Of a stretch of 64,000 nucleotides of DNA, positions 27,561 to 41,199 are shown in pieces. This DNA is from the human T2T-CHM13v2.0 reference genome, Homo sapiens. The stretch lies in assembly GCF_009914755.1 (NCBI RefSeq), contig NC_060927.1. One strand, 5' to 3'. The notes below the pieces were generated by a model. It was not told the origin of the DNA, made no database searches, and was given only the letters and a program-made list of their open reading frames with translations. Numbering within the stretch: the stretch's first letter is position 1; the number at the start of each line of letters is the position of its first letter. A program made the position numbers and the translations under genes.

Positions 27561-30369
27561 TGACTTCTGTAGCTTCTGTGCTCAACCCCTCCTAAGCTGC
27601 CTGACTGAGAATGAAGACTCAGAATACTCTTGGTGGGAGAAGAGGGGAGTAGTTTATGGCGAGGCAACCTACATATGTCCGCCCCCCCCTGTAATAATTG
27701 AGTCTGGAGGGCACAGATGGAGATGAGCTCATGTGGTGGTAAATTCATGGTAGTGAAGATTCCAGGTGGCCAGTCATCTGGAAATTGGGAATGACACTAC
27801 TCTATGCTACCTAGTTGTGTGTTGTTTCTATTTCTTGAGCTTTGGGTCTTATTCTTAGCTCTCTTCTTGCTCTAAAACTCTGACTTCTTAGGGGTAGGGG
27901 AATATTTTCCTCTATTAGTCTATGTCTCAAGTGGTTTGTGCTGCTTAGTCACATGACTAAAATGAGCAGAAATCTTATCTAACTAAAAGTAAGAAGAGAA
28001 ACTGGCTTTAAATGATATTTAATTTAGCATGGAAAGTAATGCATTTTTAATAAGGAACACATTAAAAACTCATAAAGTATTTTATTTATAAGGCGGTTAG
28101 CCTCCCCTTGCCCATTGTTCCAATAAATACCATTAAGTTCCATCAACTCTTCAGTAAGTACAATTACACAAGTGCCACATTTCATTTTGCATTTGATTAT
28201 GGCAGTGCCCCCTCCACATATATTCTTCATACGTGAAGACTAAGTGCACAGTATTTTAGAATCTGAGGAGATATTAGGAATAATTTTGCATACCCCATCC
28301 CACTAACTAATTTTACAAGTAAGTTTTCTGAGGCTTGAAGAAGTTAAGCAACCTGCTAACAGTCACATAGATGGTTTGCTACCCTAGTTAAGAGTTTAAT
28401 CAAAGGCTTTTGATCCACCAGTTTTCTCTTTGCACAATAGAATTGTTCAAATCAACAAGATTCACTGAGCACCAGCTGTGCCCTGGGCAATATCACTGAG
28501 TTTACAACAGTAAAAGACATAGTTCCTTCTCTAAAGAAATTCTAAGAGCAGTCCAGTAGAAGAAAGAGCCATGACAACCAGGTAGTTAGAGTCTGGCATA
28601 ATACATATAATACTGCTTTTAAAAACACAGTCATAACATAGTAGAGCAAGTGATGAATGCTCTCTTGATAGTCAGGGATGACTTCTTAGAGGCAGAAAAT
28701 CATTCACAGGGTTGGATAAGAGTTCAACAAGTGGTCTAAGACTAGAAGAGAATTTGATGTAGAGGAAACAGCATGTTTGAAGGCCCAAGAGCTAGGGAAC
28801 CAAGGCGATAGTAATAAGCACAAATTTTAGAGACAGGCAGATCTGCACTAAATGCTTGTTTTAAATCTTGCTAGGTGAGTGACTATACAATTTAAGTATC
28901 CTTTCTGAACATTGACTTGTTTGCATCAGAAGTAGAAATAACAATACCTATCCCATAGGGTTTGGAGAAGATTAAATAATATAACAACTATAAAACATGT
29001 AATGTAGTAGGAGCTCAGGAGCAGGTAGCAACTCTTCTCCATCTCCTCCTCCTCCTTCTCCTCTTTCTCCTTGCTCTCACCCCACCCCTCAACCCTTTTG
29101 GCGAAGAGAGTGTTAGAAGATGAGGTTAAGAGGCAGGGAAGAAAGAGATCAGTGGAGGTCTTAGAAGCTGACCATGAAAAACTGTTGAAGGATTCTTAGG
29201 TAAGAAGTGACAAGATCAAACTGCCATCCAAAAAAGGTATTTCTGGAAGATCTGTGCATAGGAAACTGATAGGAAGTGATTTGAATAATATAGGTGAGAG
29301 AGCTTGAAGATGAGTAACAGCAGTAGAATGGAAAGGAGAGGAAAGCATGGATCAAGAGACATTGGGGAAGTTAAATTAGCAGGATGTGTTCTGCATAGCT
29401 TTGTTCGCTGCATTCTGGCTTTCGTTTTCACACGTACATTAAGAGGTTGTCTAGAAGGGAAAATGCTCATTGATCTAATTAGGCCCGGAGGTAGTCATTG
29501 TGGCATGAAGGAAGGAGGCAGAAGGGCAGAACTCTGCAGCAGCTGTAGCTGCTTTTGGCTCTTGTGTCTTTAAAATGCTTCTACAGAATCACTTAAATCA
29601 TCCTCTTATTCTCATTCACATGAAAGGAAATCTCAGAGAGAGCCCTTGAACTAGAAAATCTTTTCTTTCTTCTCTGACTTTAAAGCAACTCCTTAAACCA
29701 CTCCATTTCTGAGGCAATTATCTCTTCACTACAATTTATTAACTGAGAGTAACCTCAAATCCTTTACTTTTAAGCAGCACAAAACTTTCCTCCAAGGCTG
29801 TCTGTGTCTGCCCTTTAAGAGGTATTAAAGGGCCCAGTGGGGGTAGGCCTGGCCCCTGGGGGTGCTCACCAAATCCTGTGGATCAACTGCATCACCTCAC
29901 TGCCTCGTCATTCACCCATTCACCATGTACTTCCTTTAAAAAACCCTGTGATCTTTACCACATGTTTATTTTTCTTGTTTCACAATGGTTTTAATGACCC
30001 CTTTTATTGATGACCTAACTGAAAGATGGAATAATTTGTTGACACACACAAACCACTCCCATCCAGCCCCCAACCCTCCAGAGGACTGATGTCAAGAAGA
30101 AGAATGTAGTTACCTGACATTTGTGATAAGATCAGCTGACAGGGAGTTTCCCCTCACTCTTCCTCACTCCATTTCATGCTGATTTTGGATCTAACTAGTA
30201 ATTCAGTTTCGTCCATATTTTCTTTTTGAATATAGGTAACTGTCTATATATTTTTAAAATATTTTAATTCTACCCACATATGGGTTTCTGCATAATCTGT
30301 GAAGGCTGGTCCACATAAGCAAAGTATTGTGACTTTACACTTTACATAAAATAACTGGTTGTTGACTTG

Positions 30370-30565
30370 TCTACAAAATACTTAAGTATGTGAGCTCAGA
30401 TGAAAATGAATGAAGAATTATTGATAAGGGATTTTAATTTTTATCCATAATAGTATGTTTACATAATAGTATTATCTACAAAATACCTATGCATGTGAAC
30501 TCAGATGAAAATGAATGAAGAATTATTGACAAGGCATCTTAATTTTTATCCATAATAGCATGTTT
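30370..30565. repeat. Tandem duplication of about 91 bp, period 105 bp
   Basis: TCTACAAAATAC...GATGAAAATGAATGAAGAATTATTGA...TTATCCATAATAG(T/C)ATGTTT at 30370-30460 and 30475-30565. Confidence 0.92.
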
Positions 30566-31685
30566 TGCTTATGTTAAAAACAAAACCAAAACCGAAAACT
30601 ACTCACATAGCATTCTTAAATGCGACAGGGTTTTGAATTTTTTGGTCTTGATATTGAAAGCATTCTAAGAATTCACAAGACTTTAGAATAAACATTTAGA
30701 ACACTGTGCGTGGGATGCCTGATTTTTAGGATTGGGCACATAACAGCCTTTGAAGAACTCACATCTGAAGTGCTTTCATACTTGAAATCATAGAATGGCT
30801 TTCTAAACATTGCCTATGGCCAAATTGAATAGAAAGAGTATTTAGGACATATTTATACTGGATTTTTTTTTTTTAATTTTTAGCAAGGAAGACAGAGGAA
30901 ATGGTAGCAATATCACTATACCTGTTTATTTTTGTGCATTATGTGAATCTGATGTTTCTTCCCATTTTAGGTATTTGACCACCTGCTACGTGGAAGATAT
31001 TATGCTAGACACAAGTTAGGACTAACTAGGTCTCAAAACAGAGCCTTCCATTAATTAGTTGCCACCAGTCTCCTTACTCCTGATGGTCTTGAGAGAACAG
31101 TTGTCTTATTTTCATTGTATGTTCAGCTGTATCTTGAGGTTGGAGAGAATCACGGATGTTACTAAGACCTGGAGTCTCTTGCTTAAAAAGGATAAGGTAG
31201 TTCCTAACATCTCTCATAGACCTGTGATGTCTGTGAAATTCCTTCAGATAATTTCTGCTGATGACTGAAAGTGAGGCGATTTGCCAGCCAGCATCATGAC
31301 ATCTTCAGTAACTCTTACCTTTGGTTTAAAAAAAAACAAAACACCAAAGAGCTTGACCCTGGGACAGCCTGGGGAGAAATCTGCCCACCCTGCTGGCTCC
31401 AAATGCATGAAAACCACTCTTTACCTCCTTCATTTGATTAGCTGCTTCAAATTTACACCAAAGGAAGCAAAAATCCTCATTGACTTGACACTTGTTTTGG
31501 ACAAAAATAAGATCAGAAAAGCAAGGGAAACCATTTCACAAAGCCAATTATATAATTCACAAAACTTTGGTGCTCTGAAGTCCGTAACTAATTGCAGAGG
31601 AATTATAATTAGGTAGCTTAGAAAATTGCTTTTAAAATTCAAGTTTAGGTGTGGTTTACTGAACAGTATTTGAAAGTAAGATTCA

Positions 31686-31845
31686 CACTATGCTATCCTA
31701 TATGGTAGCCACTAGTCACATGTAGCTAATTTAAATTAACATAACAGTAAATTAAAAATTCAGTTTCGTCAGTGGCATTACCCATATCTCAAGTGCTGAA
31801 TACCCATATGAGGCTAGTGGCTACTGTGCTGGGCAGTGCAGATAT
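31686..31845. mobile_element. MER3/MER33-like hAT MITE
   Basis: GGTAGCCACTAGTCACATGTAGCTA ... GGCTAGTGGCTAC inverted motifs. Confidence 0.7.
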
Positions 31846-33606
31846 AAAACAGCCTCATCATCCAATAAAAGAGATGGGGATTATAAAATACAACTCAAGG
31901 CAAAAATCTCAGATTCAACATCCTTAAGGTTGTCTTTGTTTTATGGAATTTTTTTTAGGTTTTCCAGTGAGCTATGGCACTTAAAAAAATGCCACATAGT
32001 CCCCTTACCTTGAGTCATGCCAGATAGTGGGACCTCTGGTTGTTACCCAATGTCAACCTCATGGTGAATGTGTAGGAGTTATGATCAATAAGAATGAGAT
32101 TACTATCTGGCAGTGCAGTTGAGTTAGTAACTTGTAAATAAAACTCAGTTATGGAAAAGATGTCAGGGCGTACCTCACCTAAAAACATTTTGATGTATGC
32201 TTTTCTGTATATTCAGCTATTATTCAAGTTACTGAGAAGCATCTTGGTCTTGGTGATTAAATTTCTGCAATGAGCACATTCCTGGCACCAGCTGAATCTT
32301 ACGATAAGAGATATATGAATTTTGTCTTTATTCTTGTTGATTCATTTCCAGCCATAACCTTTTGCTGGGTGTAAACACAGATGAAGAAGCACTTTAAGTC
32401 AACTTTTATCTTGTTAATTCATTACCCTTTGTGGCAACGGCAAACTTTGTGCAGAATTATAAATCAAGTCCAAATGTTGCACGGATGCCATGGCATGAAG
32501 TTTCATTTAGTGTGGATACAACCTTGATGATCTACAAGGTGATTCATTGCTTTTTATCCTGTCTTCCAACTGAGGAGTTGGATGCTGGTGCATACTAATG
32601 TGCAAGAGTTAATGCTAGGCATCAAGACTGCAAAGTTTTGCATACTATCCTTCTCAGTTCTAACTGTTTCTTAACCCACTGGCGACAGGGAGTGGTGCCT
32701 TTCAGAATCAATTACATAAATACAGTGAATTAATCTGGGTAATATGAAGAATGACTTGGCCTCCCTCCTCCCCTCTGCCTGTTGATGGTTTGCCTAACTT
32801 TATGGTTTAGATGTGACTAAATAAGAGAGGCAGAAAATGTAAGGTGAATGCTTGAGAGAATAAGAGAGCATTATACCTTTCAAAGTGCTTTTGCAATATA
32901 TTATACCCCATTTGATCCTCACATCATTCTGTATACAAGCAGAGAAGGTTTAGATGTTACCAATGAGGCCGCTCTCTTGAGAAGAATTGATCATTTTTCC
33001 ATCAGTGTCCCATTGGCTTCATTCCTCCCTACATGCCCCTGTTTTTAATTATTTGTGTACATGACCATCTCTTTCACTAGACTTGAAGCTGCCTGCAGGG
33101 AGAGACCATGTTCTTACTCATTTTGTTTTCCTGGCAAATAGTGTGATGCCTGGTGCATCAGCTATTTATTTGCCCAGAAGAAAGGCAAATGTAACACAAA
33201 AGATCCGTGAAGGAATTATGATGTTTGTTCAGGGAGAAAAACATGCTAGATTTTGTCAGTTTGGGTGTTTTCCCTGTCCAAATTGAAAAAGATGTTGTTT
33301 AGCCTGGTCCGGGCCTCGGTACCAGTGATGGAGATCTAGGGCTCAGGACTCTTTTTACAATATGTTTCTCATTAAAACTTTCTCTTCTTTTTATACCACT
33401 CTGCTTTATTTTAAGACACTCCATCTCTTTTTGTAGTTAGCCCAGCAAAAGGGAAAATAAATTTTACTTGCATTCAGAATAGAAATGGATTGCAAGTGCT
33501 TAAATAGGAAGAATTGAAAAGCTGTACTGCTGTTTACATTTTTGTTACTGGGGATGATGTCTAAAATGCTTTTGATGTTGAAAGAAGATCCTAATGAAAG
33601 CAAATA

Positions 33607-33990
<384 letters not shown>

Positions 33991-35134
33991 CTAACTGACG
34001 GACCCAGGCCTGTGATATTGTGTGTGGTCAGTGGATGTGCAGTTTGCAGACCTGCACCAAAGGTCTTGCTCTGTGCTCAGTCTGGCAGTTTGAGAGAAGA
34101 GGGAGGCAGAGCTTAGATGAACAAAGCAGAGGAGACTGAAGAAGGGAGCAGTCTCCACAATCAGCATTACTGTGTTTCATGTATTGAGTCAATACCCCTA
34201 ACTAATAAAAGATAGCATGAAGTTTTACTCCATTGATCAACACCTTAATTTGCTTACAGATCTTTTATATTACATTTGCCTTTCTCTTCTAAGCAAATGA
34301 TGTTTTGTTATAGTTAGTGTTTTTATATGTATTTATCTTTAACATTATATCTGTATTGCGGCTTTATTCCCTTTTGTTCTTCTGAGCTCTCCTGGTTTTT
34401 CTTTTCAATGTAAATAATTAGTTCTCACTTTTCAAATGTAAATTATTAATTCTCACCATTTTGAATCTCCTTGAATTGGGGACTTGTTTACTGTGTTCTC
34501 ACAAGGGCATCTCTGCCTTCTTGTTGGATCACAGAGTAGTTCCTGGAAGGTGTGTAAGGGATTCTAAGGCTGTGCTCATGTGCAAAAGAAAGCCTTTTGC
34601 GATGTTGGGAACTGGGGTGTGTGAATCACCTGATTTCTGGCTGGAGCTTGGGCCCCTCATTTTTTCCATATTCAGATGTTCAGCGAACATTTGTATATTA
34701 CAAGAGAAAGAGAGAAATGGCCTTACTTAAGGGAAAGTAATATGCCACGATACACAGCAGAAGTAAGGAGAAAGACTAATGTCTCAGATGATATGCTGTG
34801 CTTTACTGTTAAGTGTAGTGTTGAAAACAATTATCAGTGTCATGCCATGGGCATGAGGCAGAGATGAGGCAGCACATCTCTCTTTTCTGAAAGTTCCAAG
34901 GTCTGTGGAGGCACACACTCAGTTTTTAATACATAAAAAGGGTCTAGAAATCTTATCTTTGAAAAGGAACAGGGGAGCAGAGGATGCATTTGAAAACAAA
35001 CAGTAATATAAGGAGCTATAAAGAAACTGTGTAGTAGCACTAGAGAGATACTAACAAATTAAGAATGAATGCGCAATCCCAAAACAAATGTAAACATGTT
35101 ATTTTTATCATTGTGCTAGACAAATTTAAAAAAT

Positions 35135-35140
<6 letters not shown>

Positions 35141-35167
<27 letters not shown>
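35141..35167. repeat. (AC)n microsatellite
   Basis: Direct observation. Confidence 0.9.
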
Positions 35168-36532
35168 GATAGGCAATATATGGTGTACTTTAAAACAGTC
35201 CTTATTCATGAATATCAGCAAGATCCCAGTGCTTCTTTTATGGGTTTACATCTTTTAAAGCATTTCCAGATTTCATTTGCTAGCTGTTTGCAAACATTCT
35301 CTTTGCTTTTGTGGTAATTGCACTATTGTACAGACTGTTTCAGCTAAATGTCTAATGGAATTGGTAGAATGTATGGAGTGAATAAATTGGTCAACAATTT
35401 TATGATAAGGGATTGTATTCCATTTAAGCATCTCCCCTTCTAATAAAATTCTCCTAGATGATTGAGCTTTTCATGTAACATTCTGCGAAGGCTTTTTAGG
35501 ATTTGTAGGAACCGGTTGATGTTTATGGCGGTTTAGTGTGGCAGGACATTGGAAGTCATCCTGGACATGGGCACCTCTTGGTTGTGCTAGACTGTCCCTG
35601 AAGGGCAACAAGTCTCCATTCCTGACCAGTGCTGCTCTAGAAGTCCAGCACCCTACTCTGGCTCCAACAAGACAGAGTCCATGGGACCCCAGGGATGTGC
35701 CCAGCTATCTGCATCCCCTTTCTGCACCACCATGTCCACATACCCAGAATCCTGGTATTCCCTCACTGAATGACTTACACAGCCTCTTTAGATCTCTTCC
35801 TCTAAGAGTGGACAATGCCCCAGACCACAGGTGGCCAAGCTTGAGGGTGTGGATGTGTGGGCTGGCATGTCTATCAGACGGTGGCGTGTGAGACTTTTTG
35901 CAAGGGCTGAAGGAGTAGGGAATGGAAAAGGAGGAGATTCCATCTACAGTTATGAGGCATGAGCTGGTCCCCAAGCCACACCCACTACATGACAGTGGCA
36001 ATACAGTTATTGTTACGATCAAATCACTTCTGGAAATTTCTGAAATAACCTCTGGGAAGCAACAGTGCTACTGTTTTAAGCAAGAACATTGGGTTTCTTT
36101 TTTAACCAATAAGCTTTCTCTGAAGATGACCTAAAACAAACCCCAAGGGTGTTTTGTGCTATGACAACATCAATAGAATAAAAATATCATTTTTAAAGGT
36201 GCTTACTTTGAAGAAAAACTCATTGACATGTATAAAATATGATGTTTATTGAAAACAAAACAGCCAGTTTCAACAAACTTTTTAACAACAACAACAACAA
36301 CAACAAAAATAAGTGGAGATTGAGATTGAATTATAAGATTTTTGTAGTATAAGGTGATATGGTGTGGGATATTCAGCCAAGAGTCAGAAAAACTGTGCTT
36401 TAGTTCTAGCATTTCCATGGAGCAGCTGAGTTATTTGGGGCACAGCCTCTTAGGATCTCATTTTTGATATCTATTAAATGAGAGGGGTTGGACAGAATGC
36501 TCTCTATACTTTCTTATATGTTTGAAAGTCCT

Positions 36533-36838
36533 GGCTGGGCATGGTGGCTCATGCCTATAATCCTAGCACCTTGGGAGGCTGAGGTGGATGGATTGCTTAA
36601 GCTCAGGAGTTAGAGACCAGCCTGGGCAACATGGTGGAACTCTGTCTCCTCAAAAAATACCAAAATTAGCCATCTATGGTGGTGCACACCTGTAGTCCCA
36701 GCTACTTAGGAGACTGAGGTGGGAGGATAGCATGGACCCGGGATGCAGAGGTTACAGTGAGCTGAGATCATGCCACTGCACTCCAGCCTGGGTAAGAGAG
36801 TGAGATTCTGTCCCACCCCCAACCGCCCCCCAAAAAAG
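36533..36838 (+). mobile_element. Alu (AluJ-type)
   Basis: Diverged dimeric Alu with GGATTGCTTAAGCTCAGGAG (J-like); flanked by AAGTCCT. Confidence 0.88.
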
Positions 36839-38152
36839 TAAGTCCTGAATGTGTAAAAACCATGTTCTCTATTAGCTATACAGCATATAAGTATCTATCA
36901 AACCGAAGATACTATCAATTGTATGGTACACCAGTAATTTGTGTACTGTTAAGAAAGAAACACACTGCCTATTATCATTTAAAGAGACAACAATAAGAAT
37001 ACGGTTTTAAAATTTAAAAAATCTAAAAGGCTGTAGGAAGCATTCCAGTTTAGAAATGTGAAAATATAAAAAATATATCTTAGAGTCTCTAATACATGGT
37101 GATTATTATTTTATTCATCTAAATATTTTTCACAGAGTCTTGCACAGTACCTACCATATCTATTAAAAATCTGTGTATTCATTCAACAAGTGAATATAAA
37201 TTTGATGCTTATTATATGTTAAGCAATACAACATGGATACATCAAAATGTACTGAATAATGGAATTTTTGAAGTATATTTGCTTTTTGTAACATCAACGT
37301 GCACATGAAGCTAGTGATGCTGTTGAGAAATCAGCTCAAGAAAACAGCGAGATGTTTTCTTTTTAGGACAGCAGAATTACCAAAAACTTGATCTCTAATG
37401 TAGACATTTGCTCCAAAGAAATTTGTACTGAAAAATGGAAGGCAGATAAACAAAAGTTCTTAGATCAGTTTCTTAGTCATCCAGGGACTTCTGTTACTTC
37501 TTTCACATTTCTGTAAAAATCTTGTTGAAAGAATCACTTCTTGCCTCCATGACTCTGATGAAGATGTTCTTTCAGCTGTAATTTCTTTTCCAGTAGAAAT
37601 AAGGCGAGGGATGATTTTCTATGAACACTTTGATGCTATATCATATGAAATATTTTTATATGATTTATTATTGTAATTTACTGTTAAATTGATTTTTTTA
37701 CACTTAAGAAATCTTCATATTATCCACTTGTATCTAATAGTATCCTAAGACATAAATAAGTTCCCAAAAGCAACATTTTTAAAGGAATATTTCCCTGATA
37801 AGCTCTCCCTCACAGTTAGAATCTTGAGTGCAACAAATGACGAATAAAGCTCATTTAGTCTCAATATCTTTATCTACGGGGGTTATTATGCTGAAGACCT
37901 TAGGAAAATGGCAAAATAATGAGTTGAAATGCTTGAGCTCAATCTATATAATGGAAACCATATGCAATGTTATGTGGTGATTTTAAGCCTAATTATATTC
38001 AACAGTGATGTTTGGACCCTCCTCAGGAAGGAACGGGCAAGAAATTTAGTCAGGAATGACTGAGAGAACAGTTTTTGTTCTTGTTCTCTTTGGATTTCCC
38101 TTCTTGAGCCGTTCTTGCCTTATGGGCTCTCTGGGTATTTCTATTTGGTCTT

Positions 38153-38535
38153 CAACATGGTTTGGCTCTTTGTCCCCACCCATATCTCATGTGGAATTGT
38201 AGTCCCCACATGTTGAAGGTGGAGCGTGATGGGAGGTGATTGGATCATAGGAGTGGTTTCTAATGGTCAGCACCGTCCCTCTAGTGCTGTCTCGTGATAG
38301 AGTTCTCATGGGATCGGACAGTTTGAAAGTATGTGGTGCTTCCCCCACTTGCTCTCTTTCTCTCCTGCTCTGCCATGATAAGATGTGCTTGCTTTCCCTT
38401 CGCCTTCGGCCATGATTGTAGGTTTCCTGCAGCCTCCCCAGCCATGCAGAACTGTGAGTCAATTAAACCTCATTTTTAAATAAATTACCCAATTTCAGGT
38501 AGTTCTTCATAGCAGTGTGAAAATGGACTAATACA
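38153..38535 (+). mobile_element. MaLR solo LTR (THE1D/MSTA-type)
   Basis: ATGGTTTGGCTC...GCAGTGTGAAAATGGACTAATACA; perfect 5-bp TSD GTCTT at 38148-38152 and 38536-38540. Confidence 0.9.
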
Positions 38536-38762
38536 GTCTTCTTTCAGTTTCTGTTCAAAGTTCATTTTCAGTACAGTGCCCTGATCAATCATATTCCCAA
38601 AGAGGCCCTTTTTCCCTCTACTGCCCAAGGCTACTCATCTTGAGACTGGCTTTTCTCTGGGCTCAGAAGGCTTCCCAGCTTCCTGTTTCTCTTGGGGCCA
38701 AGCACATTGTGTTTTCTGACCAGCTGAATCTCTTCTCCAAATTGGGATGAAGAGAGGAATTA

Positions 38763-39635
38763 GGATCAATTGAACAATTGGTTCCTATGGGGCCTGTGGG
38801 GCCAATCGTCATGGGTTTCCCTTCCCAAGGAATCGTTTTTTTTTTTTTTTTCCTAAGTGCAACATTTCCCTGAAAATGTGGCTTTACCTATTCTTATGGT
38901 TTTATGAAGTCATAGAGAAAGCAGCAACTGCAGTTATTGGCATTCCGGCTACTACTGTGGTTGATACCTACAATTTCTGTTGCAAAGTATGCTTGTCCAA
39001 GAATACTTAGAACTACATCCAATACAGCTTGGAGGTACAGGTCATTACTTGCAAATTGCCAAGTCCTGTTTAAGCCACAAAATGAAGTGTCATCCTGGCC
39101 GTGCTCCAGAAAGGGCAAATATGGGTTTTGGTGTGATAGATACTACCCATCAATCAGCTATTTGTTGTTTGGAAATTGCTGGTGACAATTGGATCCAAAC
39201 TTTGCCACCTGTTTTGCAGTGCATGGTTCAGCCTGGTTCTACCATTCCCTACAATTCATGGGTTACATATAATAATATTCAGCCTCTCCTTGGTTTCCAA
39301 CATGCTCCAGTTAGCCATAATGCTCCCAACTTCTGTCTCATGTCATTACTTGGCATGCACACCCCAAACATTGAGTCCTATTGGAACAAATGTAAAGCAA
39401 AGTGCAAGACCACAAGAGGAGTTTGTCATGATATGTTGGACTCATATTTGGCCAAATTTATGTGGTGTGATTGATTTGGAAATGTTTTCAATTCCCTTTT
39501 GCTGCACATAGCAGAACAATTTCCTGTTAACTAATATGATGTTTTGACTCTTGGTTTTAGTATGTTTTGGTATAAATATCCAAAGACAAATTTTTCAGTT
39601 GAATACATCTGAGAAACAAATTGTTCAATTGACCC
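38763..39635 (+). mobile_element. Merlin-superfamily DNA transposon fossil (Merlin1_HS-like), internally deleted
   Basis: 24-bp TIRs: left GGATCAATTGAACAATTGGTTCCT, right reverse complement GGGTCAATTGAACAATTTGTTTCT (3 mismatches). Perfect 8-bp TSD AGGAATTA at 38755-38762 and 39636-39643. Internal IS1595/IS1016-type transposase relic. Confidence 0.9.
38815..39534 (+). pseudogene. Degenerate DDE transposase (IS1595/IS1016/Merlin type)
   Basis: Upstream segment VSLPKESFF..KCNISLKMWLYLFLW..TTVVDTYNFCCKVC, a frameshift near 38990, then LGGTGHYLQIAKS..GR..FGVID..TLPPVL..VQPGSTIPYNSW..H..VSH..GMHTPNIESYW..LDSYLAKFMW. An internal TGA at 39472 is followed by FGNVFNSLLLHIAEQFPVN and TAA at 39532-39534. 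Confidence 0.85.
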
Positions 39636-39797
39636 AGGAATTACGTACACTGCTTTTTGGCGGTGAGTGGGCTTTTACCCAATTATGTATGTCTACCTTT
39701 GTTTGAGCTACACAAGGATAAGAATTTATAGTTGATTAAATATGTTGCCTAAGACCATTTCTGTCAACTCTGAGCACCGGCTTATAGTTAGAAACTT

Positions 39798-39801
<4 letters not shown>

Positions 39802-39844
<43 letters not shown>
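39802..39844. repeat. Perfect (CA)~21 microsatellite
   Basis: Direct observation. Confidence 0.95.
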
Positions 39845-39846
<2 letters not shown>

Positions 39847-40900
39847 AAATCAGTTCCCATTTATATCATTTTAACCTGTGTCACCCCTTGCAGGAACATC
39901 CATTGTAAGAGTAAGAATAGTCTATATTGGTTTCTCTCTTCTATAAATGTCATTGAATAATTGCTTTCCTGAAGAATCCTAATCCATATGACTACATTTT
40001 AAACACAAATTTCTCCCCAGTGGTCCTTTGGCAATGGAGAAATTAGCATGAAATATAAAGCAGAGTGCTTGAAAGAATTTCCTTGAGGGAAATTGGGATA
40101 GCAGGAGGGAAAGAGATTTATACTTTTCATTTAGTGACAATATGTACTTTATCCAATTTTATATCATTAGGACCATTAAAAGGCAGGAATGTGAAATATG
40201 TCTTCTCTGAAGACAGTTCTTCATATTTATATAACATTTTCTGCTTTAAGAAGCCAATTGCAAGAAAGAGTCCAATGCGAATGTACTGTGCTGTTCAAAG
40301 TGTTTATTTCAAGGGCTCTTCATTTCCCCTACGCCCTCCAGAGAGTTAAAACGCTACATGGCCTCTAATCTCTAAGTACATAACCAACTCTCTTCTCTGG
40401 ACAGTCAGTTTCTGAAAATTTCTTTTGAAATCAGTGACAAAAATGCCTAGCCTATTGGTGGATTCCATTTTGTAAGCTTATTTTTACAAATCACAGACTT
40501 CTCTAGTATCTTTGTAATTATTTAATCTGACCAAGTGATTTCTGGGAGTAAAATATATTTGAGGCTGTGTATATCAGCCAAGGGTGTTCTTTAATGAGAA
40601 ATCTTATCACACACACCTTCTAAATGCATTTCAACTGCACACAGGACTGGGTTTTATATTTCTTGGCATTATGCCAAGAAAAATCTCTAGGAACAAGGTG
40701 AGCGTTTGATGCCCAGTGGATTCACACATAAACTTGTCAATTTTCTTCGTATCTGTATTCATCAGAAGTTGTTATTAAACCACATACTATGAGCAAACAC
40801 ACTCTAAGTCCCTCTGGTGGGGGATGTGTGACAGACAGAGGGACAGCAGAGTTTCATAACAGAATTTTGAAGCCTTGCCTTTCTGCATAATTCAAATGGC

Positions 40901-41199
40901 TTTTTTTTTTTTTTTTGGAGACAGAGTCTTGCTTTGTTGCCCAGGCTGGAATGCCATGGTGCAATCTGAGCTCACTGCAACCTCTGCCTCTCAGGCTCAA
41001 GCAATTCTCGTGCCTCAGCCTCCTGAGTAGCGGGGACTACAGGCATTCACCACCACACCCAGCTAATTTTTGTACTTTTTTTGGAGACAGGGTTTCGCCA
41101 TGTTGGCCAGGCTGGTCTCAAACTCCTGACCTTAAGCAATCCACCCTCCTCGGCCTTCCAAAATGCTGGGATTACAGGCGCGAGCCACCACATGCGGCT
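40901..41199 (-). mobile_element. Alu (old AluS/J)
   Basis: Dimeric antisense Alu; TSD-like TCAAA(T/C)GGC on both sides. Confidence 0.9.

Noticed and set aside
30370-30565. CRISPR-like repeat-spacer array
   Set aside because: Only two long diverged copies in eukaryotic DNA, with no cas genes.
36890-37100. Possible ancient Tigger-like MITE
   Set aside because: Too diverged to assign ends or family by eye.
38763-39635. Bacterial IS contamination or recent horizontal transfer
   Set aside because: The element is decayed (frameshifts, CpG loss, dead catalytic residues) and integrated with a TSD among primate repeats, which fits an old eukaryotic Merlin insertion.
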